Of a stretch of 32,000 bases of DNA, positions 23,818 to 32,000 are shown piece by piece. Origin of the DNA: Thermofilum adornatum (GTDB taxonomy: Archaea; Thermoproteota; Thermoprotei; Thermofilales; Thermofilaceae); assembly GCF_000446015.1 (NCBI RefSeq), contig NC_022093.1:990001-1022000 (forward strand), read 5' to 3'. Numbering within the stretch: the stretch's first letter is position 1; each line of letters starts with the position of its first letter. Both the position numbers and the translations under genes were made by a program. The notes below the pieces were generated by a model that was not told the origin of the DNA, did not search any database, and saw nothing but the letters and a program-made list of their open reading frames with translations.

Positions 23818-23951
23818 GTTTATTTTACATAATACTTCCTCAACTCAAAGCGAAAACATTGAGTCATGTAGGAAAATGCTTGGTAAATACCCTGTTCAGC
23901 ATAAAGCCTTAAAGCATGTTGGGAAAAAAGGATAACCCAGCAGTTGTGTCA

Positions 23952-24731
23952 CTATTCTGGGATGGCCAGCTCCTCTAGGATTTCAGTTATCGTTTTATTT
24001 GTATGGACTGCCATCATGAATGCTTTTGTCGCCTTTGCCGGGTCGCTGTGCTGGAAAATGTTCCTGCCAATAGCCGCACCAGAAGCACCGCTCTTAATTG
24101 CCTGTTGAACCATAAGCAATGTGTCTTTAAAGGAGGACTTTGGGCCGCCTAGGACAACTACTGGAACAGGGACGCTCCTCGTTACAAGTTTAAAGTCTTC
24201 GCGGTACACAGTCTTAACTATGTCTGCTCCCAGCTCAGCGGCTATCCTTGCGCCATAGGCGACGACGTCTGCACCATACTCGGTGAATTGTGGAGGCTTT
24301 GGCACGACCTCTGCCATTACTGGTATGCCTAGGCTATCTGCCTCTTCAACTACGCTTGCCAGTTTCTCCCAGAGATAGTTCTCGTTCCTGCTACCTGGAT
24401 AAACCATTACGCTTACAGCGTCGGCCCCAGCTTTCACAGCTCTATTAACCGTCGAGATAAGTCTGTCGTCAGTCTCGTCTAGGCTTTTAACAGTCCCAGT
24501 ACCATCTATCCTTGCAACTACAAAGGTTCCAGAAAGAAGTTCATAGTAGTGCTCAATCATTGAGGGCGTAACCATGACGGCGTCTGGTTCTGCCTGCATG
24601 ACTCGGGAAATTGTTTCTCCAAGGTTTTCAACACCTGGGATGGGTCCGTGTCTTCTTCCGTGGTCGAGTGCAACTATAAGGGCTCTTCCATTTCTAAAAA
24701 GCCTCTTTAATCTAAGCTTTTTTCCACTCAT
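23952..24731 (-). CDS. class I (Schiff-base) aldolase of the DhnA/FbaB archaeal type
   Basis: ALIVALDHGRRHGP, DAVSVMVYPGS and ELGADIVKTVY (Schiff-base Lys context), followed by GAAIGRNIFQ. It is collinear with archaeal class IA FBP aldolases and their ADH-synthase/LsrF-like paralogs. Substrate cannot be decided by eye. Confidence 0.8.
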   Translation of the reverse strand: MSGKKLRLKRLFRNGRALIVALDHGRRHGPIPGVENLGETISRVMQAEPDAVMVTPSMIEHYYELLSGTFVVARIDGTGTVKSLDETDDRLISTVNRAVKAGADAVSVMVYPGSRNENYLWEKLASVVEEADSLGIPVMAEVVPKPPQFTEYGADVVAYGARIAAELGADIVKTVYREDFKLVTRSVPVPVVVLGGPKSSFKDTLLMVQQAIKSGASGAAIGRNIFQHSDPAKATKAFMMAVHTNKTITEILEELAIPE

Positions 24732-25111
24732 TCTACAAACTCCACCTTGACGACTTCCCCGTCTTTTACTTTTTTAAGTCTCTCTGTGTCGCCAATCACT
24801 TTTCCTATAACGTTGACTGGACTCGCTGGTCTAATCTCGCTACCCCTGCTTACAGGTGTTGGCCCAAAGAAGATGCAGAGCGCCCTTCCGGGTGGCCAGT
24901 AGGCAACATCTCCAACGTCAACAACATCTTGTGCCACTTCCTGGGCTACACGTGCCGGCGTCGAAAAATAAATCTCTTCTCCCCAGAGGTTTACCCTGCT
25001 CTCGAACGGTGCGGCTGATTTAAGTGCTTGGAGTGTCTTCGGGTTTTTGCCTGTAAGCTCTACTTCTACTACGCCTATGCTTTGTGGAAAAATTATCCTA
25101 AGCTTAGCCAT
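24728..25111 (-). CDS. cyclophilin-like-fold protein of the TM1367 type (function unknown)
   Basis: Family-typical blocks NLWGEEIYFSTP, VGDVAYWPPGRALCIFFG and PASPVNVIGKV. 127 aa. It has an ATGA overlap with the downstream aldolase gene. Confidence 0.7.
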   Translation of the reverse strand: MAKLRIIFPQSIGVVEVELTGKNPKTLQALKSAAPFESRVNLWGEEIYFSTPARVAQEVAQDVVDVGDVAYWPPGRALCIFFGPTPVSRGSEIRPASPVNVIGKVIGDTERLKKVKDGEVVKVEFVE

Positions 25112-26042
25112 GGATCATTTCACCCAAGACCTTGTGGTACGCAGAGTACAGGACGCCTTTTGCGGCTTGCACAGTTTCAAGCCAGTGTTGGCCCTCTTCA
25201 GGCTTGACTTCGAAGCCTATGGCTCCACCATAGTTGATCTCGAGGAGAACTTTGAGCAGGTCTGCAACATCGTTGACCCCGTTTATGGCTCCCGGCCTAT
25301 AGAAGCCTGGATGCCAGTCTACCAGCCTGCCGTCTGGCAACTTCTTTGTGCAGCCGATGTGTATATGTGCAAGGTAGTCCTTCGCGACCTTGATGTCTCC
25401 TGGCTTCTCGTTGAGCATGGGTCCGTGGCTTAGGTCCCACAATAAACCAAAATTGTCAAAGTCAGCTTTGACCTCTTTCGCTACCTCTACCGCTTCACGT
25501 ATCGGTCCTATAAGCTGTTTTTTGTCCCAGTCCCTGTCAAACGTCTCAAGAATAATTGTGACTCCTAGTTTTTTCGCTTCTGCCGTTATTTCTTTAAGGC
25601 TCTTAACTAGAGAGTCCCTTGCGGCCTCCCGGTTTTCCGGCCCAGGGTCAGGACCACTTGAAAACGCAACCTTTGTTACGCCCCTGCTAGCCGCAGTCCT
25701 AACTACTTCGACTAGTTTTGCTACAGCCCTTTTCCTTTCCTCTTCTTTGAGTGAAGAAGGATTATAGCCCTGCATCAATACGAGTGGTTGCACGCCAAAC
25801 GCAACTTCAACGGTGCTCGAGGACAAGATTGGGCTGACGGCTTGCCAGGCTTCCTGGCTTAAGGCTTGAACCTCGATCATGTCGAAGAAACCGTCACTAG
25901 TCAGAGCCGAGAATGTCTCCTTAAGGGCTGGAACATCCTCTTTAAGGACAGGGGGATTAGCCATGAAGGCCACTATGCTTACCCTCCAGGGAAAGTGTGC
26001 TGTAAAAGCTGTCTTTCCCTTTGCAAAATAAACTGCAAACAT
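25104..26042 (-). CDS. xylose-isomerase-like TIM-barrel protein (sugar isomerase/epimerase family)
   Basis: 312 aa with family-like blocks GFFDMIEV, TIILETFDRDWDKK, LLWDLSHG, LAHIHIG and IGFEVKPE. It overlaps the downstream cyclophilin-like gene by 8 nt. Confidence 0.7.
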   Translation of the reverse strand: MFAVYFAKGKTAFTAHFPWRVSIVAFMANPPVLKEDVPALKETFSALTSDGFFDMIEVQALSQEAWQAVSPILSSSTVEVAFGVQPLVLMQGYNPSSLKEEERKRAVAKLVEVVRTAASRGVTKVAFSSGPDPGPENREAARDSLVKSLKEITAEAKKLGVTIILETFDRDWDKKQLIGPIREAVEVAKEVKADFDNFGLLWDLSHGPMLNEKPGDIKVAKDYLAHIHIGCTKKLPDGRLVDWHPGFYRPGAINGVNDVADLLKVLLEINYGGAIGFEVKPEEGQHWLETVQAAKGVLYSAYHKVLGEMIHG

Positions 26043-26097
26043 TTTTATCAGTTTTTATTAGCACTGCTTAAATTAAAAAGTTGCTTATTATCAAGCG

Positions 26098-26967
26098 ATG
26101 CTTCAAGAATTGCTAGACATATATCTCCCGCTGTTTTCCGGACTATTGTTCAGCTATTTCTATAAGCCAAAAGAGAACGAGGTAGGACTGTTTGCAAAGA
26201 TCGTGCTCTATGTTTTTCTTACGCCTCTTTTATTCACCTCTACGTATTCCAGGCTAAGCGGAAAACACGACTTATCAGTTGTCAATCTAAGCTTGTTGAG
26301 CTCTATTCTCGTATTGGTGACCTTTGCTATAGGGAGAAAGCTCTTCAAGAGAAAAGAGCTCATACTTACCTCGATGTATGCAAACGCTGGATATATTCCT
26401 CTTGGTATAGCGCAAAATCTCTGGGGAAATACCGGTGTTGCAAGTGTTGGCTTCTATATATTGGGAAACAATATCACTTCGAACATTCTTTCCCCAATTT
26501 ATTTGGCGAATGATAGAAAAGAGAGCCCCTTAGAGAGGTTGCTAAAGTACCCTCTCACCTATGCAATACTGTTAGCTGTTTTGTTTGCGTCTCTTAGGCT
26601 ACAAATACCTGAAATAGTTCTGGAACCCATCTCCACTCTTGGGAATGTTGCCTCGACAGTCGCACTTGTACAGTTAGGTGTAGAGGTTGGCTCGCATCTA
26701 GACTTCTCACTATTAGACGGAATAAAAACATACTTCCTGAGGCTCGTGGTAGCCATCTCTATAACTTGGCTCTTAATTTGGCTTGGGCTGATCGGCGGGA
26801 TAGACTCTAAAGTAGCAATAATAGAGTCAGTTATGCCCAGCGCCGTTTCATGTGTTGTTATTGCACGTGAACTTGGACTAGACCCGAAAACCACGTCGGG
26901 AATAGTCTTTGTATCGACACTCATATCTACATTCGTGTTTTTGCCAATCGCTCTACTGTTTGTATAA
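26098..26967 (+). CDS. AEC-family (auxin-efflux-carrier-like) membrane transporter
   Basis: 289 aa with about 9-10 hydrophobic helices in a two-halves layout and a short loop-rich centre. The overall pattern resembles AEC permeases. Assignment is by composition and architecture only. Confidence 0.6.
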   Translation: MLQELLDIYLPLFSGLLFSYFYKPKENEVGLFAKIVLYVFLTPLLFTSTYSRLSGKHDLSVVNLSLLSSILVLVTFAIGRKLFKRKELILTSMYANAGYIPLGIAQNLWGNTGVASVGFYILGNNITSNILSPIYLANDRKESPLERLLKYPLTYAILLAVLFASLRLQIPEIVLEPISTLGNVASTVALVQLGVEVGSHLDFSLLDGIKTYFLRLVVAISITWLLIWLGLIGGIDSKVAIIESVMPSAVSCVVIARELGLDPKTTSGIVFVSTLISTFVFLPIALLFV

Positions 26968-26978
26968 AGGAAGATGAG

Positions 26979-27917
26979 CTACTTCGAAGGCGACCTCAGC
27001 AAGCCTTCGCTTGGAGACGCCCAGCCACGAAAGAAAACCTCGGCATTTGTGTTTTCAGCATAGTTACCTTGAGCATCTATAGCGATGATGCCCACAGTGT
27101 TTGCGCCAAAGAGCTTACTTGCAAGCGAAACAACCTCATCTAAAGACTTTTCCAGGGCCAAGCCGCTCCTAACAAGGGACGCTATTCTACTCGCAAGGGA
27201 CAGCTTCATCATGACCTCGCCAACACCCGTGGCAGACACAGCTACGACGCCGTTCTCAGCGTACACGCCGGCCCCAGGTATAGGGGAGTCTCCCACCCTG
27301 CCAGGTAGCTTCAAGAACAAGCCTCCCGTGCTTGTTGCGGCGGCAAGGTTTCCTTCAGAATCAAAAGCAACTGCCCCAACAGTGTCCCCTGCATAGAGGT
27401 CTTTAACTTCGTAATTATTTTTCCAGAGCTCGAATCTCTTCTCGTTTACCTGCGTCTTGTACTCATTGTATCTCTCCAGCACTCTTCTTGTAGGACCCGG
27501 GTGCGGCTCTAGATTAAATTTCTTTGCAAGGAAGTCTGCGCCCTCACCTACGATGAGAACGTGGTCCGTCTTCTCCATGACTATTCTTGCTAGGGAAATA
27601 GCATTCCAAGTATACTTTTGCGCGGCCACGGCGCCTGCCGACAATGTTTTTCCCCACATTATGCCAGCGTCTAGCTCTATTTCCCCTTTGAGGTTGACCA
27701 CGGCGCCTTTCCCAGCGTTAAATAGTCCAGAAGCCTCCATTGTTTTGACAGCTTCTTCCACAGCGTCAAGAGCCGTGCCACTCCGCAAGACATCTAGGCC
27801 AGATTTAAGAGCATCCATCAATGCATTTTCTATCTCTTTTCTTTCCTCATCGCTCATTCTTCGCGCTCTGCCGGCGCCACCATGAACAGCAATTATAGGC
27901 TTGTGTTTCACACCCAT
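26979..27917 (-). CDS. isoaspartyl peptidase / plant-type L-asparaginase (Ntn hydrolase)
   Basis: IAVHGGAG at the N-terminus, the autoprocessing site GD-TVGAVAFD (Thr nucleophile), then AATSTGG and PGAGVYA. Confidence 0.9.
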   Translation of the reverse strand: MGVKHKPIIAVHGGAGRARRMSDEERKEIENALMDALKSGLDVLRSGTALDAVEEAVKTMEASGLFNAGKGAVVNLKGEIELDAGIMWGKTLSAGAVAAQKYTWNAISLARIVMEKTDHVLIVGEGADFLAKKFNLEPHPGPTRRVLERYNEYKTQVNEKRFELWKNNYEVKDLYAGDTVGAVAFDSEGNLAAATSTGGLFLKLPGRVGDSPIPGAGVYAENGVVAVSATGVGEVMMKLSLASRIASLVRSGLALEKSLDEVVSLASKLFGANTVGIIAIDAQGNYAENTNAEVFFRGWASPSEGLLRSPSK

Positions 27918-28014
27918 GAATATAATGCTCTATTAAAATTTCTTTTGCTTCTCGATATTTCTTTGGTCTGAAAAAGTTTTTTAATATGCGTTAACAATCT
28001 TTTTGGGCGAAAAG

Positions 28015-28356
28015 ATGCTTCCCGTATACCCACCGCAAGTCGTTACACTACAGTTCCAGATTGGACCAACTGAGATAATCCTACTCATAATCCTCGCCCT
28101 TATACTCTTCGGCCCCAAGAAGCTTCCGGAGCTTGCGAAGGCAGCAGGCGAAGCAGTCAGAGTCTTCCGAGAAGAAACACAAAAGGTCACTTCCTCAGTA
28201 GAAGAAGCATCAAAGAAACAGGAAACAACTACTGCAATTTCAGATGAGGATCTAAAGAAGCTCGCAGAAAAACTAGGTGTGCAGACAGAGGGAAAGACCA
28301 AGGAAGACCTAGTAAAAGAGGTCATAGAAAAGGCAAAAGAAAAGGGGTTAATCTAA
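28015..28356 (+). CDS. tatA: Sec-independent (Tat) translocase subunit TatA/E
   Basis: IGPTEIILLIILALILFGPKKLPELAKAAGEAVRVFREE is the TatA signature (TM helix, FG hinge, amphipathic helix), followed by a charged tail. ATG 28015 is preferred to the track's TTG 28003. Confidence 0.8.
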   Translation: MLPVYPPQVVTLQFQIGPTEIILLIILALILFGPKKLPELAKAAGEAVRVFREETQKVTSSVEEASKKQETTTAISDEDLKKLAEKLGVQTEGKTKEDLVKEVIEKAKEKGLI

Positions 28357-28418
28357 AGTTGGCCCCTAAAAGTTATTTTCAATGATAATTTTTTCAAAAT
28401 ACGCCTATCTATGTTCAT

Positions 28419-29393
28419 ATGAGTCAAGAAGCGGTTGCTCTAACAACTAAAAAGAAAAACGACTTGCTATACTATTTATCTAAAACTTCTTCCAGTACGG
28501 CCGAAAAGATAGAGCGTCTAGAAGCACTGTACAAGTCTCTGAAGGAAAGAGCCTCAAGAAACCCACTTCTAGAAAGAATCTTAAACAAGTCGTTTACTCT
28601 CCTAAATATTCCTGAGCCGCCAGCCCTCCAAGAGGTTGAGCGTACAGCACGCTCTCTTGAAGAATACTCTACCAGGCTTCATACACTAATTACAACTATC
28701 GAGGATGCTCTCAGAAAAATCGACCACATCGAAAGCTCCATGAATGAAATAGAGAAGAACAGGCATGAACTGGAAAAGTGGACAGACGTAATCCAGAATC
28801 TCAACCCGTCGCTTTACTCCGACGCGGTCAGATTGCTCCGCAAAGCCGAGAAGATCCAACAAGAAGACTACAACGATTTCAACGACTTATATAAGCGCGT
28901 CGAAGAAATAAAACAGCAACTATACCAGATGTATGTTAAGACTAAGACAGAATACAACAAAACAGTATCGATCCTGCAAGGAGAGGTCGCAACAACACAA
29001 GAAGTACTGGCAAAAGCAGAAGTCGTCGCATCACTCCAAGACAGGGCAAAGATAGAACAATCCAAGGCCCGGCTGAAACAGATAGAAGAATACCTCTCAA
29101 AGGCAAAACAGGACCCCCAGCCAATAGATCCAAATGCCATCTACAAAGAGCTGGCGAAAATAAAGAACGAAGCACAGAGCCTCCTAAACACTGCCCTGTC
29201 AGAGCTGGAAATAAAGGTCTACGAGGAAACACTTAGATACACAAACATCTTGGGTAGGAAACCTATCCCCCTGACCGAGCTACTTGAACATGTTTCCCGC
29301 AAGACAAATATGCCGACGCAGGAAGTTCTCAGGACACTTTACAGCTTAGCAACAAAAGGACTAATCTCGGTCAAGGTTCTTGTTCAAGGCTGA
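28419..29393 (+). CDS. hypothetical long coiled-coil protein with C-terminal winged-helix-like domain
   Basis: 324 aa, almost entirely heptad-rich helix. The last ~45 aa (PIPLTELLEHVSRKTNMPTQEVLRTLYSLATKGLISVKVLV) read as a wHTH. No family recognised. Confidence 0.5.
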   Translation: MSQEAVALTTKKKNDLLYYLSKTSSSTAEKIERLEALYKSLKERASRNPLLERILNKSFTLLNIPEPPALQEVERTARSLEEYSTRLHTLITTIEDALRKIDHIESSMNEIEKNRHELEKWTDVIQNLNPSLYSDAVRLLRKAEKIQQEDYNDFNDLYKRVEEIKQQLYQMYVKTKTEYNKTVSILQGEVATTQEVLAKAEVVASLQDRAKIEQSKARLKQIEEYLSKAKQDPQPIDPNAIYKELAKIKNEAQSLLNTALSELEIKVYEETLRYTNILGRKPIPLTELLEHVSRKTNMPTQEVLRTLYSLATKGLISVKVLVQG

Positions 29394-29444
29394 TACAGTT
29401 CCCAAACCATTACAGTTTTTATAATTAGAGTTGTACTGGGTTCT

Positions 29445-30092
29445 GTGTCTTTCATTGCAGGCATAGACGAGGCTGGACGCGGCCCAATGATTGGGCCCAT
29501 GGTTATAGCTATGGTCTACTGTCCAGGAGAAAAGCTAAAGCTACTCGCAAGCCTCGGATTCAAGGACTCAAAGAAGGTTGCACCATCTACCAGGAGAAGG
29601 CTGGCAAAAATCCTCCCAAGTATCGGGTGCGGCGTCGAGAAGGTCATAGTTGAACCACACCTAATAGACTGCGCCGTCAAGGGCGAATGCTACCAGAACC
29701 TAAACTACCTAGAGGCAGCTATGGCAGCTGGGCTCATAAACAAAGTGGCACAAAGCATTCCCCTTGAAACTGTTTACATAGATAGCCCAGACCCCGTCCC
29801 AGATAGATACGCCGAAGCTGTAAAATCCCTTCTAAAGATACCTGTCCGGCTCGTGGTTGAAAACCATGCCGACGAAAAATACATAATCGTCGGCGCCGCA
29901 TCTATAGTTGCAAAGGTTGAGAGGGACAGCATAATCGAGGAGCTAAAGAAGACATATGGAGACTTTGGCTCAGGCTATCCAAGCGACCCTAAGACAAAAA
30001 GATTTGCTGTTGAATGGCTAAAGAAAAACCCCGAGCCGCCACCCATCGCAAGAAAAGAGTGGGACTCGTGGAAAAAACTCCTAGGTAAGTAG
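29445..30092 (+). CDS. rnhB: ribonuclease HII
   Basis: GIDEAGRGPMIGPMV (catalytic D/E), FKDSKK, YIDSPD and ADEKYIIVGAASIVAKVERD. It uses a GTG start with TTTTTATAAT about 24 nt upstream. Confidence 0.9.
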   Translation: MSFIAGIDEAGRGPMIGPMVIAMVYCPGEKLKLLASLGFKDSKKVAPSTRRRLAKILPSIGCGVEKVIVEPHLIDCAVKGECYQNLNYLEAAMAAGLINKVAQSIPLETVYIDSPDPVPDRYAEAVKSLLKIPVRLVVENHADEKYIIVGAASIVAKVERDSIIEELKKTYGDFGSGYPSDPKTKRFAVEWLKKNPEPPPIARKEWDSWKKLLGK

Positions 30093-30158
30093 CCGTCTCA
30101 ATACAGTTATGGCTATAAACCAGAAAAACAATTAAGGAAGTATTTTCATATCGACAAC

Positions 30159-30779
30159 ATGGTCGAACTATCCAAAAAGTACTTTGCTCATCCAACTGCA
30201 ATCATTGAGGACGGCGCAGAAATAGGAGAAGGCACACGTATCTGGCACTTTGCACATATAAGGAGTGGAGCAAAGGTAGGCAGGAACTGTAACATAGGGA
30301 AGGATGTATATATTGACCAAGGAGCAGTAGTAGGCAACAATGTCAAGATACAGAACGGTGTATCCGTGTATCGGGGCGTAATAATTGAGGACAATGTGTT
30401 TGTTGGCCCCTACGCAGTCTTTACAAATGACAAGTATCCGAGGGCATTTTCGACTGACTGGGAAGTAGTAAAGACAACGATAAAGGAGGGGGCATCCATA
30501 GGGGCGAACGCTACCATTGTGTGTGGAGTTACCATTGGAAGGTACGCGATGGTGGCGGCGGGTAGCGTGGTAACAAAGGATGTTCCAGACCACGGGCTCG
30601 TCATGGGCAATCCGGCGAGACTTGTGGGTTTTGTCTGTTACTGTGGTAGGCCGCTCAAGGAGGTTATACGGGAGACCGAAAACAGTGTGCTTTTAAAGTG
30701 TCTGCACTGTGGTAGGGAAGTTTCTATATCGAGAGAGCTCTACAGCAGAGTCGCCAGGGCAAAGGATAGCAAAGATTAA
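30159..30779 (+). CDS. left-handed beta-helix sugar N-acetyltransferase (WbpD/WlbB-like) with C-terminal Cys4 zinc-ribbon
   Basis: [42 protein letters not shown]... hexapeptide turns are followed by [23 protein letters not shown]. The tail is CYCGRPL...(18 aa)...CLHCGREV. Confidence 0.8.
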   Translation: MVELSKKYFAHPTAIIEDGAEIGEGTRIWHFAHIRSGAKVGRNCNIGKDVYIDQGAVVGNNVKIQNGVSVYRGVIIEDNVFVGPYAVFTNDKYPRAFSTDWEVVKTTIKEGASIGANATIVCGVTIGRYAMVAAGSVVTKDVPDHGLVMGNPARLVGFVCYCGRPLKEVIRETENSVLLKCLHCGREVSISRELYSRVARAKDSKD

Positions 30780-30844
30780 CTCGGTTATCTTTACAGTATG
30801 TTAATACTCAAGTTTAATTTTCCAAAAATGTAAAAAATATAATT

Positions 30845-32000
30845 GTGGATAAAGATATTTTACTATCAATAGACATAGGCACGACAACTGTAAAGGTTGC
30901 TCTTTTTGACTCGGTTGGAAACCTTTTAGCTGTAGATGGTAAGGAATACCCAACGTACTATCCTAAACCGGGATGGGCTGAACAAGACCCGGAAGACTGG
31001 TGGGAAACTGTAGTAGAGGTTACAAGGACTGTTATCAGGAAGTCCCACATTGACCCCTCAAGAATAGCAGGTATCAATGTTAGTAGCCAGAGAGAGACTC
31101 TAGCTTTAATAGACTCAAACGGAAAGAGTTTAGGAAGAGTCCCAATATGGATGGATAGGCGTAGCGCTCCCCAGGCTGAGAGGATAAAGAAGGAGAATGA
31201 TGTTAGGGAGATCTACCGGAGGACAGGCCTGGTTGTCGACGCCACGTTTACAGCTACAAAGCTGTTGTGGTACAAGGAGAATGAACCCGAAGTACTTAAA
31301 AGGGCAAAGAAGGGGCTACAGCCCAAAGACTATGTTATATACAAGCTTACCGGCAGGCCAATTACCGACCATACTGTTGCATCTAGGACAATGCTGTTCA
31401 ACATAGTAAAGTTGCAATGGGACCAGGAACTATTCGACATGCTGAAGCTGTCAGAATACATCGACCTGTTCCCTGAGTCTCTAAACAGCGACGAGATTGT
31501 TGGGACCCTAAGCGAAGAGGCGGCTAGGATCCTGGGCCTTCCCACAGACATAGAGGTACTTGCTGGGATGGGGGACAGGCAAGCAGAAGTTCTAGGAGCG
31601 GGGATATTTGAGTCTTCAAGAGTAGAAGAATCAACAGGTACAGGCTCTACGACTGCAACAATGGTTGACAGGCCGCTACTCGACGAAAAAATGAGGTTTT
31701 CGGTTGGGGCTTCACCCATAAGGAATACTTGGGTAATTGAGGCAGGTATGAGTACTGCAGGCGCCATACTTAGGTGGTTCAGAGACCAGGTCGCTGAAAG
31801 CGTACAACAGCTGGCAAGCTCTACTAGGAGGAGGGCCTACGAATACCTAGACATGGAAGCCGAATACATACCTCCAGGCTCAAACGGGCTAATTGTTTTG
31901 CCGTTCTTTTCTGGAGCCAGGTCTCCAAGGTGGAACCCCTATGCTAGAGGTGTCATATTTGGGCTAACTGTATACCACACTAGGTCACACATTTTCAGAG
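30845..32000 (+). CDS. FGGY-family carbohydrate kinase (xylulokinase/glycerol-kinase-like), 3' end outside the window
   Basis: Frame 2 is open from GTG 30845 to the window end (about 385 codons) and is absent from the ORF track because it has no stop. It reads VDKDILLSIDIGTTTVKVALFD...GWAEQDPEDWW...NVSSQRETLALID...PIWMDRRS...LAGMGDRQAEVLGAG...ILRWFRD...LPFFSGARSPRWNP, which is the FGGY N- and C-domain motif order. Confidence 0.85.
   Translation, partial: MDKDILLSIDIGTTTVKVALFDSVGNLLAVDGKEYPTYYPKPGWAEQDPEDWWETVVEVTRTVIRKSHIDPSRIAGINVSSQRETLALIDSNGKSLGRVPIWMDRRSAPQAERIKKENDVREIYRRTGLVVDATFTATKLLWYKENEPEVLKRAKKGLQPKDYVIYKLTGRPITDHTVASRTMLFNIVKLQWDQELFDMLKLSEYIDLFPESLNSDEIVGTLSEEAARILGLPTDIEVLAGMGDRQAEVLGAGIFESSRVEESTGTGSTTATMVDRPLLDEKMRFSVGASPIRNTWVIEAGMSTAGAILRWFRDQVAESVQQLASSTRRRAYEYLDMEAEYIPPGSNGLIVLPFFSGARSPRWNPYARGVIFGLTVYHTRSHIFR

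Noticed and set aside
28015-28356. Isolated tatA without tatC as an anomaly
   Set aside because: tatA and tatC are often unlinked in archaeal genomes, and tatC could lie outside this window. Its absence here is not evidence of anything unusual.
1-32000. CRISPR arrays, IS elements/transposases, integrases, prophage or defence-island signatures
   Set aside because: Reading both strands, I saw no regularly spaced identical repeats and no transposase, integrase, Cas or nuclease-helicase-like ORF. Coding density and composition are uniform. Short degenerate repeats cannot be excluded without a dot-plot or k-mer analysis.

Overview
This is a dense chromosomal segment with no mobile elements, from a thermophilic archaeon. 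It is most likely a crenarchaeote of the Desulfurococcales type. That placement is an inference from several features: an archaeal-type ProRS, an AGOG glycosylase, a GH57/glycogen-synthase pair, an NfeD-stomatin operon, A/T-rich TATA-like boxes about 25-33 nt upstream of first-gene start codons, and GGTGA Shine-Dalgarno motifs before internal operon genes. I call 38 protein-coding genes and one tRNA-Ala(GGC) with an encoded CCA. Two of the genes run off the window ends. A 45-aa gene and the 3'-terminal FGGY kinase are missing from the ORF track. I saw no rRNA, CRISPR array, IS element or integrase. Content is housekeeping (proS, rnhB, tatA, circularly permuted GTPase, N-acetyltransferase, AGOG) plus much carbohydrate metabolism. 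The candidates most worth a second look are: (1) a tightly coupled four-gene operon at 22285-23780 encoding an ArsR-type wHTH, a 2-TM coiled-coil membrane protein, an unlisted 45-aa helical peptide and a bactofilin-like beta-helical repeat protein; (2) an uncharacterised ribbon-helix-helix protein coupled to a duplicated CxxC...CxxH zinc protein at 16768-18016; (3) next to that pair, a stand-alone prenyltransferase-type alpha/alpha-toroid protein and a TMEM19/DUF92 membrane protein at 18184-20050; (4) a gene set at 7501-11714 with the same three folds as the Thermotoga IolO/IolM/IolN inositol pathway; (5) a phosphohexomutase-like gene at 13411-14768 that is frameshifted and has lost all catalytic motifs; (6) a TIM-barrel / cyclophilin-like / class I aldolase operon at 23952-26042. 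All functional calls rest on motif recognition by eye. No database search was run.
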